Below, piece after piece: positions 1 to 13,210 of a DNA stretch of 64,000 nucleotides. The stretch lies in assembly GCF_002105155.1 (NCBI RefSeq), contig NW_019029020.1:124001-188000 (forward strand), given 5' to 3'. Position numbers and translations under genes: made by a program. The first letter of the stretch is position 1; every line of letters starts with the position of its first letter. The stretch is from Lobosporangium transversale (taxonomy: Eukaryota). The notes beneath the pieces are model-generated. The model searched no databases, had not been told where the DNA came from, and saw only the letters and a program-made list of their open reading frames with translations.

Positions 1-748
1 GTAACATTCATATCGTCTGTCACTGTTCTCCCCATTGATGACATGAATGGTCTGGAGTGGTTCTTTGCCGACTTCGTTCGACCCTGAGCTGCCTTGGGGC
101 TCAGCGCGGCATCAAATAAAGCACCCGATGCGTTGATTTTTGAGATATCGAGTATAAGCGGGTCGAGTGATAAGAACTGGTAGCTCCGTGGGTCTGGTTG
201 TTTATAGAAAATTATTTCTGAACTAAGATTGGTATAGCGAAAGCCACAGCAGTGTAAGGATTCGAGTGATGGTATGTACGTTGGTTTGATTTCAATTGTG
301 AGCCATAAATTTGCTGTTTGTTTGTGTTCTAATAAGGATCGCGAGGTAAGGAGTCTGGTGTTGCTGTCTGCTACTGTCTTTGCGTCCACACCGTCCGCAA
401 AAGGGACAATGACCACGCCCAAAACGACAGGATTGACACCACATGCTTTGTTGAGTGCTGTAATTTGAGGATCAGCAGTTAGGGACCCGAGTGCAGAAAC
501 TAAGGGGTTAAGCTTAATTGAGTGGAATTTGATCCGCATATCTCATCAGCCTCAATGTCCACATCAACATGTATATGACCTGACATTCTTTGCCAGCGGT
601 TCATACTTACATCTATATCTGAAACAACAGTTGCAATACATGCTGTAAAACTTCTGACATTCCATCCAATGATAAATCCAGTCCTAAGATAGCGTGAGCA
701 CAAGTGTGATGGCCAGAAGATTTTGGAAATAGCAGCAGATGTGTTCAT
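1..748 (-). CDS. GPI1: GPI-GlcNAc transferase subunit Gpi1/PIG-Q, 5' part (continues beyond window start)
   Basis: ATG at 748. Exon 1 reads KIFWPSHL..GFIIGWN; GTAAG donor at 610, probable AAG acceptor at 513; the frame stays open to base 1 and includes IIFYKQPDPRSYQFLSLDPL. These resemble the fungal Gpi1 N-terminus. The conserved C-terminal domain lies outside the window. Confidence 0.6.
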
Positions 749-1829
749 GCTGTGTCCTTGATCCGAACTCTAGGATTCTGTTTTGCGCAACTGAAGTTTT
801 TCTCTTTCTCTATTGCTTTGACTTGTTTTAAAAGCTTCCACGCCTCTGCAAATGCTCTCGTGCTGAAGTACGGTAAGGATAATCTTGTTTCTGATATTTA
901 AACCAGGGGTCATAAAATAAAATTAGGTTCATTTTCCCAGAATTTCGAAACTGTGAACGAGTACCTTATGAATCCTGAATGAAGAAGCCCAAATTTCTGG
1001 CTTACCCTTCTGGCCTCAAAATTTGCGATCCGTTCCAAGGGGATCAAGATAAGAATAAAAAGAGCGAGCAAGATCAGGAGTGCGTAAAGTAAATATCTCT
1101 ATGAAGCATCAGGATATCTAGTTAGACCAACGCTAGCAATGAGAGACGTTGCGATAAATACATCATGAAGGCGGATGAAGCGCTTGAACAGACATTCTTT
1201 ACTTTATGAGTCGTTTCAGGGACAGAAGCAACAAAGTCGTATATGGTTGATATTATGGCAAAGTTGCAGGCACAGTAGCCAAGGGTAAATGACAACGCGG
1301 CTGAGATCAGGTAGGTCCGCATCAAGTGCCGTTGTAAAGAAGAGTAGGACTCCGTGCTGTCGGTGTTGATCTGTAGGCCAAGCTATTAGCAATGTATTCT
1401 ATTATCTTTGAAATAATGATAGGTAATGATGCGCTGAGCTCAATGTTTGCTGATGCTTTTCTTGACTTTGGGCATGGCATCAAGGAAAACTGAGGCAAGT
1501 CTCGAGACGACAGGCCATACGATGTATCTTTTTTCATCCACGTGATAGCACCATTTCATCTCTGGCACAATTGAATAACTTTCTTAACTTTCTCACGGCA
1601 ATTTAGTGAACTTTTGAGTTTGCCCAATTGTCCACAGTAAGCCCCTTACAATAGGCCAAAGAGAAAAAAAGTAATCAACGACCAACGGCCCCCCGGGCTT
1701 CTCGCCTTTAAAGACGTCCCTTCACCACAACTTTTTTTCTTTCCTTCCTTCTTCTTCCTTCACTCACTTTCCTTGCCCTCCAATCCTTCTACTCCTAAAA
1801 TCCATACTCTCCACTCTTTTTATTTCACC

Positions 1830-3456
1830 ATGTCATTCATTGAAACCAAGGCCGACTCGGACTTCTCCATTCATAACATTCCTTTCGGAATCATTTCTAC
1901 TTCGCAGAACGTAAGTCAAACCTACTGTAATGAAAGAGAATGAGAAAAAAAAAATGGCTACTTTGATTGAAGAGAGATCCAACAGAATACCGGCTACTTT
2001 ATCAAAAGGAATGAATAACATAACAACTAACAGACACGAATTCCGGCTCCCTTAAATCTTAAAGCCTGCTCCGCGCGTCGCCACTCGCATTGGCGACCAT
2101 GTCGTCGATCTTTCCGTTCTTGCTCAGGCCGGCCTTTTCTCTCAGATCGTAGCTGATGCTCAGGGCGTATTCTCTCAGGTAGCTTTCTTTTGTTATTGCG
2201 AGAATATGGACTTGATCTCATCTCAAAGAAGTACTCACGATTTGGCATATCTTTTTTTTTTTTTTTTTTTTACTTGCTGTGGTGAATTGTTAGCCTAGCT
2301 TAAACTTATTCATGTCTCTGGGCAAGCCCATCTGGACTGCTACTCGCAAGCACATCCAGAAGCTTCTCTCTGCTGATGAGCCAACTCTCCGTGACAACCA
2401 GGACCTCATCCAGCGCGCCATCTTCCCTATCTCTTCTATCAAGACTCATCTTCCTGCTAACATTGGAGATTACACTGACTTTTACGCTTCCAAGGAGCAC
2501 GCCACCAACGTCGGAATCATGTTCCGTGGTAAAGAGAACGCCTTGATGCCCAATTGGACCCACCTCCCTGTCGGTTACCACGGCCGCGCCTCCAGTGTTG
2601 TTGTCTCTGGCACAGGGTTGAAGCGTCCTAATGGTCAACGTACCGTCGTCAAGGGTGAGGCGCCTCAATATGGCCCTTCGCTTCGTTTGGACTGTGAACT
2701 TGAGATGGTAAGAAAGACAAATGATCTGGCTCGACATTAAAAAAAAAAAAAATGCAAATATAGCTCACACGCTTTTTATTATTTATTTTGTGTTAATGAT
2801 GTCATTAGGCCTTCTTAGTCGGCACTGGCAACGATTTGGGCGAGCCCATTACCATTCAAAATGCCAAGAACCATATCTTCGGTGTTGTTCTTATGAATGA
2901 CTGGAGTGCCCGTGACATTCAGGCTTGGGAGTATGTTCCTTTGGGTCCATTCCTCGGCAAGAACTTTGGTACGACTGTCTCTGCCTGGGTTGTCACCATG
3001 GATGCTCTCGAACCTTTCTTGGTGGACGGACCCGTCCAGGACCCCAAACCCTTGGAGTACTTGGCTGAGAATACTGCTTCTGCTTACGACATCAACCTTG
3101 AGATTAAACTTAAGCCTGCTGAGGGTACCAAATACAGCGTTATCTCACGCTCCAATTTGAAGTACATGTACTGGTCTTTCAACCAGCAGCTGGCCCACCA
3201 TACCGTCAACGGATGCAATATGCGCACTGGTGATCTCTGTGGATCGGGCACGATCTCTGGCCCTACTGAGGATTCCTTTGGATCAATGCTCGAGCTCTCC
3301 TGGAGCGGTGCCAAGGATATTCAGTTGGAGGAGGGCATTACTCGCAAGTTCTTGCAGGATAACGATGAAATGATCTTGGCCGGTTGGTGCGAGAAGGATG
3401 GTGTTCGCGTTGGATTCGGCGAGTGCCATGGAAAGATCCTCCCTGCCAACAAGTAA
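1830..3456 (+). CDS. FAH: Fumarylacetoacetase (4 exons: ~1830-1910, ~2065-2178, ~2294-2707, 2809-3456)
   Basis: Motifs [63 protein letters not shown] and [15 protein letters not shown] introns join in frame. Confidence 0.96.
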
Positions 3457-3803
3457 AAACGAAGTTGTCTATTGCATTCTAATCATTGTTTTTGTACATA
3501 CATCAATAAAAATTTAATCCATTGAGCCATCAATTTTTCCTTGTTACATGATTACAAATATATCAGTCGAAACTGGTTTTTATGCCACTTTTACTAATGA
3601 AAAGTGGCATATAAGTTTTTGAATTAACCTCTCTAAAAGTTTTGTTATAAAATGATGAAATGCAGTCACACATATATATTTCTCACATGATATCCTCATA
3701 TGATATCATTTACGTCTACATACACGCTTTTCTCACAGACTTTTCAGATACCACTCTCTCGTTTTATCCGTTCATCGTTCTACACCACGCGTTCTTATAT
3801 TCA

Positions 3804-5792
3804 ATGGCACACAATTCAACCAAAACAATAAATGATACTGAAAAGCAAAAATGTCCTTCTTTTCCCGATGTAACGAGCAACAAAAAATACACCAAACGTG
3901 AGCTTGAGGAAATCGGCCACTGTCGCAAACAAAGATATAATGATCTCTTGCGGAGTGCCAGAAACAATGATATGTCCTCCGTTCTTATACTTCCTGAACC
4001 TAAACTATACGAGATCCCTATGGCCAGGGTCTCTTACCCCCTGGAGAAACAAGTTGAATTATTAGACATATATCACTACCTCGAAAAACGTAAGGTTCAC
4101 TTCCTATCAAGCTCTCTCCCAGCTCCTTTGGTCGCTTGCTAGGGATCCATCTTCCGAGAAGTAGCCTTCGGCTCATGCTTAGCCGTGAAGGCCAACTGCG
4201 TGCCGCAGCCAAAATGTACCCTTCAGGTACCCATTACATTGTCAATCGCAAGAACTTGATGCTTGAGGAGGTCATTTATTACTGGATTCAAGATCAGCGT
4301 AAGAAGAACCAGTATGTCAACCGAAGGATGATCAGACAGGCAGCCAATGTTACATACACGCTCCTCTGCGACCTTCAAGATGAATCGAACGGCACTGTAT
4401 CCGAAGCTCCACCATCATTTTCAGCCTCGTGGTTCGATTCATTCAAGCATCGCTATAATATATCATACTGCCAGCTTCATGGAGAAGCTGGTTCGATCGA
4501 CTTAGAGGAAATTGAGCCTGAGCTCGAGGAGATCCGCCGTCTTTGTGCTGAATACACCCCCGATAATATTTTCAATTGCGATGAAACAGGCTTCTATTTG
4601 AAAGAAATGAGCGCCAGATCTTATACGGTACCTTCCTCCAAAGCTGGAATTAAGGCTCTCAGAGACTTCAAAGTCTCGGTCTTATTTTGTATCAACGCCT
4701 CTGGCACCTCCCTAGCAATGGCTGAGACCATGAACTCCTTGAAGCCATTGGTTATCGGTAATACATTGAGTGCATGGTTTATGTTTGTAGTAGCTTTTTC
4801 TTTATTCATTTCAATTTATAACCATTACGACTAGTTGGTATTTGACACTTTCTAGCCAGCCACTTCGCAAGGAATGTCGTAGAAAATGCGCTATCAAAAA
4901 TGACGATAGAGAAAACAGATTCAGGGTGGATGAATCGTGAGGTTTTTGTAAAATGGCTGCAGGGCTTTGACAATGAGCTCATGCAATCTGCACTTCTTCT
5001 CCTTGATTCGGCCGGCGCCCACAGCAATATAGATATGTGTGATGCTAAGGATGGCATCCCATGGAAGCATGTCAAGATAAGATACCTACCAAAAAACTCG
5101 ACCCCAGTAACTCAACCGCTTGATGCTGGAGTTATAAGTGTCTTTAAGCGAACCTTTCTGGAAATGCTCACTTATGAAACACACCTCGTTCGTACCTATG
5201 ACAAGGAGAAGTCCCTCACTAATGGGCAAGCTTGGACATTAATCCCCTATGCATGGGAATGCATCAAACCCCAGACATTACAGAATTGTTTTGCGAAAAC
5301 GCCTATTCTTCCAAACGAAATGCGTGAGCAGCTTCGCCGTCGAGGATCGAAAGATAATAATGGAGCAAGGCCGCTTTCATACACTCGACATAGTCGATAC
5401 ATAAAGCAAGAAAAGGCATATTTGAACATTTGATCGCCGAGGTTTCTGCAACGAACAACTGGAAGTTCAAAGTAGTACAGAATGAGGACGGACAGGGACC
5501 GGATGAAGCAGCGCCACAGCAGATAGATATGGAGGGAGAGAAGGCAGACGAGGTTGATGAAGTTGAAAGCTCACCAGTTGCCGATGAGGATATAGCTGTG
5601 ACAATTCAAGCACGGGATTATCTAGCAAGAGGTCAGAATGCATTTAGTGTCGGAGGCATCAAGCAGGTCAGAGAAAGCACTGATGACGGTTCTGAGATTA
5701 AACGGAAGATCCGGAGAACCGTGAAAGACCTGGTACGCTTCTGTGCCGCCTATAAGAGCGAGATGGACACTGAAATCTTGAGAGAACAATAA
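3804..5792 (+). pseudogene. pogo-like transposase (HTH_CENPB + DDE_1), interrupted by two frameshifts (~4100-4140, ~5420-5433); intron ~4758-4855
   Basis: LEEVIYYWI..MIRQAA, FSASWFDSFKHRYNI..LHGEAGS, IFNCDETG (D1), LLLLDSAGAH (D2) and TQPLDAGVI (D3, 38 residues after D2). ORF pieces step by -1 twice, which could be decay or assembly indels. Confidence 0.85.
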
Positions 5793-5955
5793 ATATTAAT
5801 ATTTTTTGTGTGGATATGCATATGAGGATATCATGTGAGAAGTATATATGTGTGACTGCATTTCATTATTTTAGAATAAAACTTTTAGAGAGGTTAATTC
5901 AAAAACTTATATGCCACTTTTCATTAGTAAAAGTGGCATAAAAACCAGTTTCGAC

Positions 5956-6076
5956 CAAGAGGGTCAAGCTTGTCGCTCTTTTTGGTTAGCCCCTTTTCAA
6001 ATATAAATGGTTTACTTAACAAAACTCTTATAATTGAAAAGGACTAACCAAAAAGAGCGACAAGCTTGACCCTCTG
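5956..6076. mobile_element. 121-bp hAT-type MITE nested in the right TIR of the pogo element
   Basis: Ends C(A)AGAGGGTCAAGCTTGTCGCTCTTTTTGGTTAG.. and ..CTAACCAAAAAGAGCGACAAGCTTGACCCTCTG form an inverted repeat. Exact 8-bp direct repeat GTTTCGAC at 5948-5955 and 6077-6084, present once in the left pogo TIR. Confidence 0.9.
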
Positions 6077-6169
6077 GTTTCGACTGTACATGTACCATGA
6101 ATGCTACCTTGTGTCACAACACCTCAACTAAACTCTTTAATGGACAATGTTTTATTGTTGATATCAAAG

Positions 6170-7417
6170 CTATTTTTGGGTTCTGAATCCGTTGGGATTA
6201 TTGCGCTGCCATCTCCACAAGTCTTCACACATCTGATCAAGAGTTTTGACTGCTTTCCAGTTCAGTTCTTTGTTAGCCAACGAAGGATCTGCAGTCAGAT
6301 TGGGCACATCCCCAGCACGACGTCCTGAGATCTCGTAGGGTAGATCCCGACCCACGGCTTTACTGAAAGCACGAACCATATCCAGAACGGAGCATCCAGT
6401 CCCTACACCCAAGTTATATGCCTTGCACTCAAATTTCCCTTCGGATTCATCGCGCTCGATCTTCTCCAAGGCTGCAACATGGCCATCAGCGCAGTCAACT
6501 ACATGCAGGTAATCACTGTCATTAAAAAAAAAAAAAAAAAAAAAAATTAGAGAGAACAATCATGGAAAGCACCGAATAAATTAAATCGCTCGTATTTTAC
6601 CATACCGAATGCAAGTTCCATCCTTGGTTGGATAGTCATTTCCAAAGACAGTGAGCTTCTCCAAGTTACCTACGGCGACTTGGGCTAGATAAGGCATCAG
6701 GTTGTTAGGGATGCCTTGAGGATCTTCGCCCATAATACCACTTGGATGTGCTCCTGCAGGGTTGAAATATCTCAACAACATTGCGCTCCAGCGGTAATCG
6801 ATCTCAACCTTGGCACCCTTATCCGCTTGCTCTTTCTCGTATTCTTTCTGCTTGACGCTGGAAGCAACGCACAAATCACGGATGATGTGCTCCAAAAATA
6901 CCTTGGTCCTTCCATAAGGGCTCATCGAGGCCACAATGGGCGATGTCTCTGGGATGGGGATGACGGGTGGGTCTCCATAGACAGTTGCAGATGATGAGAA
7001 GACAATGCGACGAACATTGAAATCCTCCATGACCTGGAGTAAATACACTGTTCCAGCAATGTTGACGTTATAATAGTCTAAAGGTCTACGTCCTGATTCG
7101 CCTACAGATTTGAGTCCTGCACAGTGAATGACCGCAGAGATGTCTGGATGAGCTTCAAAGACTTTAATCAGGCTTGGCTTATCGACGATATCCACGGGAT
7201 AGAATGGGATAGGCTCGTCTATAGAGAGAATCTCTTGAATGCGCTTGAGGGCTTCGGGAGTGTTAGTCGCTGCAGCATCTGTGCCGCCATTGGACGTATT
7301 GGAGAGGTTGTCGAGGACTACGACCTTATATCCTGATTCCAGGAGGCTCAATACCGTATGGGAGCCAACATAACCACATCCGCCTGTGACGAGAATCGTT
7401 GAGCCTTTTGGAGACAT
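6170..7417 (-). CDS. GAL10: UDP-glucose 4-epimerase (2 exons; intron 6516-6605)
   Basis: ILVTGGCGYVGSHT NAD-binding motif, FSSSATVYG, PYGRTK, LRYFNPAGAH, PNNLMPY and GTCIR|DYLHV joined across a GT-AG intron. Epimerase domain only, with no mutarotase fusion. Confidence 0.95.
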
Positions 7418-8104
7418 CTTTTTTATTCTATTCTTGTTCTTACTGGTTTGTGATCCAAAAGCGACGTAATCAAGTGATGTGGAAGGAAAGGAAAGTGGGA
7501 GACAAGGAAAAAAGAAAAGGAAAAAAGAAAAGGAAAAAAGATGGTGTGATTGATAAAGAATGAAGGGGATTTACTTCAGCATTTTATATTAATTCCTGGG
7601 CTATTATTGTCAGCGCTAGTCTATGGACCTCTGTCTACTCTCCTCCTTTGTCAAAGTTTGTTCTTTAAACAAACGTACCAACTCTGTGCTATTTTTTCTA
7701 CACATGAAGTAATAGATGAGGGCGTAAACCTAGCAGAGCCACTTAAGACTCAGTGGTAAAAGGTAAAATAAAGAGCCTCGGTTTTCATTGATAAATACAA
7801 ATGTAACGACTTACCTGTGAAAGCACGCTGCGGTGCAAGGGCGTAACACCAAAAGTAAAAAAACTCGGCCGTAGTCCATCCAAAAATACTACCCATTGAG
7901 AGCCTTCTAAAGGGCGTAATTGTTATCGAGTTGAAGTCATGACTGCTCATTTTTATTGAAAGCCACTTTAAGCTCAACCAAAACATTTTTTTTTTTTTTT
8001 TTTTGTAGGGTGTCAAGTAAAGCTTCGAGAGTGTTGCCCATTCAACAGACAATCGAGTGTCATTCAACAGGTCATCGCTTCAATAATTAATATACTAATA
8101 TATA

Positions 8105-9414
8105 ATGAAACGCCCATCAACAACCCCGCTGCCTGCGCCAAAGGTCCGTAAGCAGGCACCTGTAGACGACTATAAAGCTGGCAAAAGCAAGGCCACTCCA
8201 ACTATGACTGCTTCAAAATTCTCCAAGGATACTACGGCCTCTTCAACCGAACCTAAATCAATTTTAAAGAAACCTCTTGGCACAGATGTATCAACCTCAA
8301 AACCAAAAGGCTCAATCTCAGGAGCCTCCATTTTGAAGGCGAATACACAGGCTAACAGATCATCGTCATCAAGATCAGACTCAAAGAACGAAAAGCCAAA
8401 GGCAATTGCTGTCAGGGCCACTCGAGGCGATATCACAGGAGGAATGGGCAGGAGGAAAAGGAAGGCACCAGAAGATGGTGATGAGAAAGAAGTGAATAGT
8501 GGTGATGATAGCGAAAGTGAAAACGATGGAGAGGATGAACGGGAATCGGATGATGAAGAGGAAAACGATGATGACACCGACAACATGCCCACATCTGCTG
8601 CGAAGAGTAAGTGCATTGAAGAACTTTAGAATCCACTGTTGCTACACTCTAATACTGATGTTCTGTCAGGATATCAAAGAAATGGGAAAAATATATAAGG
8701 ATCAATCTTATCAACCTTTCGTTCCTTTTCTTTTGATTCAATGATGTGATGATGATGTAGAGATATCTGGCAAGAACACGGAAGAGAACATGGCTGAAGC
8801 CATGTCCAGGATTTTGGGCTCAACATTGCGCAAGGCTGATGCAAGCACACCTATTCTGGCGAAGTCTCGTGGAGTGGAGCGCAAACTTGAGGAAGAAAAA
8901 ATGGAGGCTAAAGCCAGGAGAGCTATTACGAATGAAAAGAAGCGATTGGCCAGTAAGGATCGTGTCAAACCCGACTATACTGGAATGGAATATGAGAAGA
9001 AATTGCGCAAGGTTGCAACTCGCGGTGGTATGTTCTAGTTTGGCACTGCAGTTTTTTTTTTTTTTTTTTTTTTTTTGGGTGAGGAGAGTACAGTCGTATA
9101 GCCATGGGACGATAAGAACTGATCCTATACTTTTTGCTATATCTATTTACTATTTCAGTGGTCCAATTATTCAATGCAATTAAGGCACAGCAGAAAGTAA
9201 CAGAGGATTTGACAGAAAAAGCCCGCCCTATTACAACTAACGCTAAGGATAAAGGTATGAGTCTAAATGAGGCATCAGTCTTTTTTTTAGTCCTACAAGG
9301 TTATTACTGAACCTAACCCTTAATTTCTTTTAAAACGGTTAAATAGTTGCAAATTTGACGAAAACCAGTTTCTTAGATCTACTCAAAGCTGGTACTAAAG
9401 TCTCAACACTTTAA
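8105..9414 (+). CDS. RRP15: 60S biogenesis factor Rrp15 (4 exons)
   Basis: Basic/acidic low-complexity N-terminus, then MAEAMSRIL..PILAKS, YEKKLRKVATRG|VVQLFNAIKAQQK and C-terminal LTKTSFLDLLKAG. Confidence 0.88.
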
Positions 9415-9825
9415 CTTTTGAATAAGGGACTACTAGATTAACTTACTGCAGAGTAACAATAACAATAAAAAAAAAAAAAAAGCAATAGACATGAACGCAG
9501 ACGAAATATAGCGATTTAGAATAGGTTTCTGCTGCTCACATTTGTTGTAGCACTTTCTCCTCTGGTGATATTGGTGAGTCGGCTTAATGAGAACTGATAT
9601 TGTAGCGTTTGTACAAGTCCTATTTGCATGAACCGCAATGTTATAAAAGATTTAAATATGCAAAATATGAAGTCCTTCTTCAGATTGAGAAAATGATGTG
9701 CTTTAAAATATTGGTGGCGCTAGTGAAGTTGATTAAGGGCTGGGTAATCTCTGCCATGAACTCCTTCCGGGATCAGGCGCGCGTTTGAAGGATGCATTGC
9801 AAACTTCTTTCTAAACTTAACGACC

Positions 9826-11170
9826 ATGCTTTTGTCAGTCTCTTTGTGGCGAGCCACCACCAACAGGAAGTCTCTTAGATACTTCGCCACAGAAGCAAGG
9901 AATAGTCTCTCATCGCCTATTTTCAATGAGGTATATTGAATGAACATACAGATCTGAATAAAGATCTGAAGGACGACCCACTTCTAAAGCAGAATATTCT
10001 GCAGTTTATAATCCGAACTAAGGGATCACTTTATCGGTTTTTATTTTTTCCTGGATAAATCTAGACATCCACGCCTGTAACGAGCGCGATTGAAGTTCTG
10101 GACAATGTATCGAAGTACAACGCATATGTGAACGCCTATATCGATGTCGCAGATTCAGAGGTAGTCCTTGATCAAGCAAAGGAGGCTGCAGCCAGGTGGA
10201 AAGCAGGTATGTGGAGCCATACTGACATAGGGCATCTATTAGAGAGCAGAGTCTTTTTCTGCAAAGGAACTTTTTTTTTTTTTTTTTTTTTTTTTTAACG
10301 AGGTTTTAGTAAAAATATTCTATGATATCAAATACTGTAGGCAAACCAAAGAGTTCATTGGATGGGGCTGTATTAGGATACAAAATGAACTTTTGTACAA
10401 AGGAAATGCGCACGACATGCTCCTCTACAATGTTGGATAGTAAGTTCTCTTTTTATAACTTTTATTTCTACAGCTATAATAAGGCATAAGGAGAGAAAGT
10501 GAGTTTGACTTGTGTTTGCATCATTGTTAGATTTCCAAGCTCCATATACAGCCACGGCCATTGAACTCCTTCAGGAGGCAGGAGCTATCACAGGCGGAAA
10601 ACTTAATATGGATGAATTTGGAATGGGGTATGGAAAGCAGCTTTAGTTCATTCATTTATTCCACCGAGTCACCAGGAACAGATGATGAATCAATTAGTTC
10701 TTAACACCTTTTCCAACATCTGCCTCAGATCGCACAATGTCTTCAGTAATACGGGGCCTTCCAGGAACCCCCACGGTATTTTGGGCCGTCCAGTCGAACT
10801 ATTGGATGTGGCAGATGGCCGGTCTGCAGGAGGAAGCTCAGGAGGAAGCGCTGCCGCTGTAGCCAGCAACATGTGCTTTGCGTAAGTCTCATGTCATTCG
10901 ATTTCTGTTTAATATCGTCGCTTCCCTTATTCGGATATACTCATGTATATAACCATGAGGAAAATAGGGCAATGGGATCAGATACAGGAGGATCAGTAAG
11001 GTTACCAGCGTCATATTGTGGTATTGTTGGTTTCAAGCCATCGTATGGTCAGATATCCAGGTGGGGCTTGGTTGCCTATGCCAGCTCTCTAGACACAGTT
11101 GGCATGCTCACGAAGACTGTTGATGATGCCAAGCTTATATATGGTACTGAGAACAAGCTACACAGAATAC

Positions 11171-11204
<34 letters not shown>

Positions 11205-12381
11205 GCTTTTACAATACTCAACTCTATTGTCCTCACCCTATAAAAAAAAAAAAAATAATAAAATAAATAACGGATATAGATATTGTATCAAAGGAAGATC
11301 TAAAGGACTCGACGTGCCTTACCCAAAGGCAACGCGACAAAATTGCAAAAGTTATGACGCCTGTTGAGCCCCAACCAGGAGATACAAGACCTCTGTCAGG
11401 CATTCGGATCGGTATTCCGCAAGAGTTCAACATTGCGGAACTCTCACCAAATACAAAGGCGTTATGGAAGCGAGGCATTCGAGTATTGAAGGAAAATGGT
11501 GCAACAGTAGTACCTGTTTCATTGCCCAATACAAAACTGGCAGTAGGGGCCTACATGACAATAGGAACTGCAGAGGCGTCCAGCAATTTGCAGCGATATG
11601 ATGGAGTTCGATATGGTGAGTCGCGAAACGTAGGAGAAAACAAAAGAAAAGCTGCTAACCTATTTGGATGCTCTTTGCTATGTTTGGATTCATAATGCAC
11701 TAAGATAAACTTCCTCTCATCTTATTTTATAAAAAAAGGCCACCAGAGTGAAGAGAAGGATGAAAAGGACGCATTGTATGCAAATACTCGAAGCGAAGGG
11801 TTTGGCAAAGAGGTCAAGCGGCGAATTCTTCTTGGGACCTACGTTCTCACATCTGGGTAAGAAAACGCATTTCCTACGCTATGTAACTAACCAACAAGGA
11901 ATGGGTACCACTGTGCAACTACAGATTTTTAATACTTTTCTATTATTTCAACAAAAAAAGCTCGTTTGACAACTTTTTCTTGCGTGCTCAAAAGATCCGC
12001 CAAATGATCAGGAATGATTTTGACAGGATGTTTGCCCGTCCTAATGTAATCACTGGCTCCTTACCCATTGCTGATATTGATAGTCGTCATGAAGGCGCCC
12101 ATCCACGAGTCCATGCATTATTAACACCTGTTGCGGTGACTACAGCACCAAAACTTGCAGATGTCGTGGGCGATCATATTGATCCAACAAATGCCTACCT
12201 AGATGATATCTTGACCATCCCTGCCAGCTTGGCAGGCCTACCTGCTATGAGTGTGCCGTTTGGATTATGTGCAGAAGATGGATTTCCAATGGGGCTGCAA
12301 GTCATTAGCCAATACGGTGATGAAGAAATGATTTTCAAAGTGGGCAAAGTTTTGGAAGAGAGAGGTCAAAAGAGAACATAG
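9826..12381 (+). CDS. HER2: Mitochondrial Glu-tRNA(Gln) amidotransferase subunit A (amidase signature), ~9 exons
   Basis: Arg/Ser-rich presequence-like start [87 protein letters not shown] and [13 protein letters not shown]. The start codon is inferred. Confidence 0.9.
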
Positions 12382-13175
12382 GAAAAAATAAGTATAAAAA
12401 CTAATAACACTATAAAATATTGGTACTCTGTTGTCGTATCTCTTATTTTCAACTTTCTGCTCACGGTTACATGGTACGAAGAGGTTATGGAACCTCTTGA
12501 TGAACGCTTCAGATAGCGGTCGGTGTCTCATCATAGCCTGCAGGCTTCGTCTTTGAACATAGCAGGAAAGATCATCGATCACTTGAATAATATTTTTCCA
12601 ACTCACGCAAACCCCAATAAGAAAGTCTGCTCTATTACGTAGATTGCTGCCTACGAACCCTATTTGCTTCAGCACGAGAGGATCAACAGTACAATCCATC
12701 ATCCACAGAATCAGTGTCACATTTGACTCTGCAATCCGTTAAATATGATAAAATTGGTACTCTCACAAAACGCAACCAATAAACATTGGAGTGGCTGGCA
12801 ATAAAAATGTTATTTTCTTAATAATCACATCTTACGCTTGCAAGTGTAGGATGGTCGCTTTATTTATTTATTTTTCCTGATCATTGCTTTTTCAGCAGCG
12901 AAATAACGCTCAAGCAGTTACTGGAGTAGTGTGATGCACTTGTGGCTTAAACTCAACGTTTAAAAGACTACTGTCCCGAAGGTATTGGGAATGGCACAAA
13001 CTAAGCATACGCCTTCACGTTACTAAGCAATACTACAACTGATTGTTGACTTCAATACCTTTAGCATGGCAATTCTCGATTTGTACTTTCATACAATTGC
13101 CCACAAGCGACACGGGCAAAGGAACATTTAATTCTCTGTGCCTTCTGTTATATACACGGTTTAAGAATTGTTACG

Positions 13176-13210
<35 letters not shown>

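Larger units (their letters stand above)
3564..6086 (+). mobile_element. pogo/Tigger-type (Tc1/mariner superfamily) DNA transposon with ~139-bp TIRs
   Basis: Left TIR CAGTCGAAACTGG.. (3564-3702) is the reverse complement of 5819-5955 plus 6085-6086 with about 4 substitutions. The right end is followed by TA; the left end is preceded by TAT. An internal CENP-B-HTH + DDE_1 transposase is present. Confidence 0.93.

Noticed and set aside
780..1540. Short ORFs between GPI1 and FAH (1122-1325, 1322-1537)
   Set aside because: No recognisable motif and no consistent exon chain; may be decayed coding sequence but is unsupported.
12265..12720. 151-aa minus-strand ORF overlapping the GatA 3' end
   Set aside because: Non-ATG start, no recognisable domain, and it runs into the antisense of GatA.
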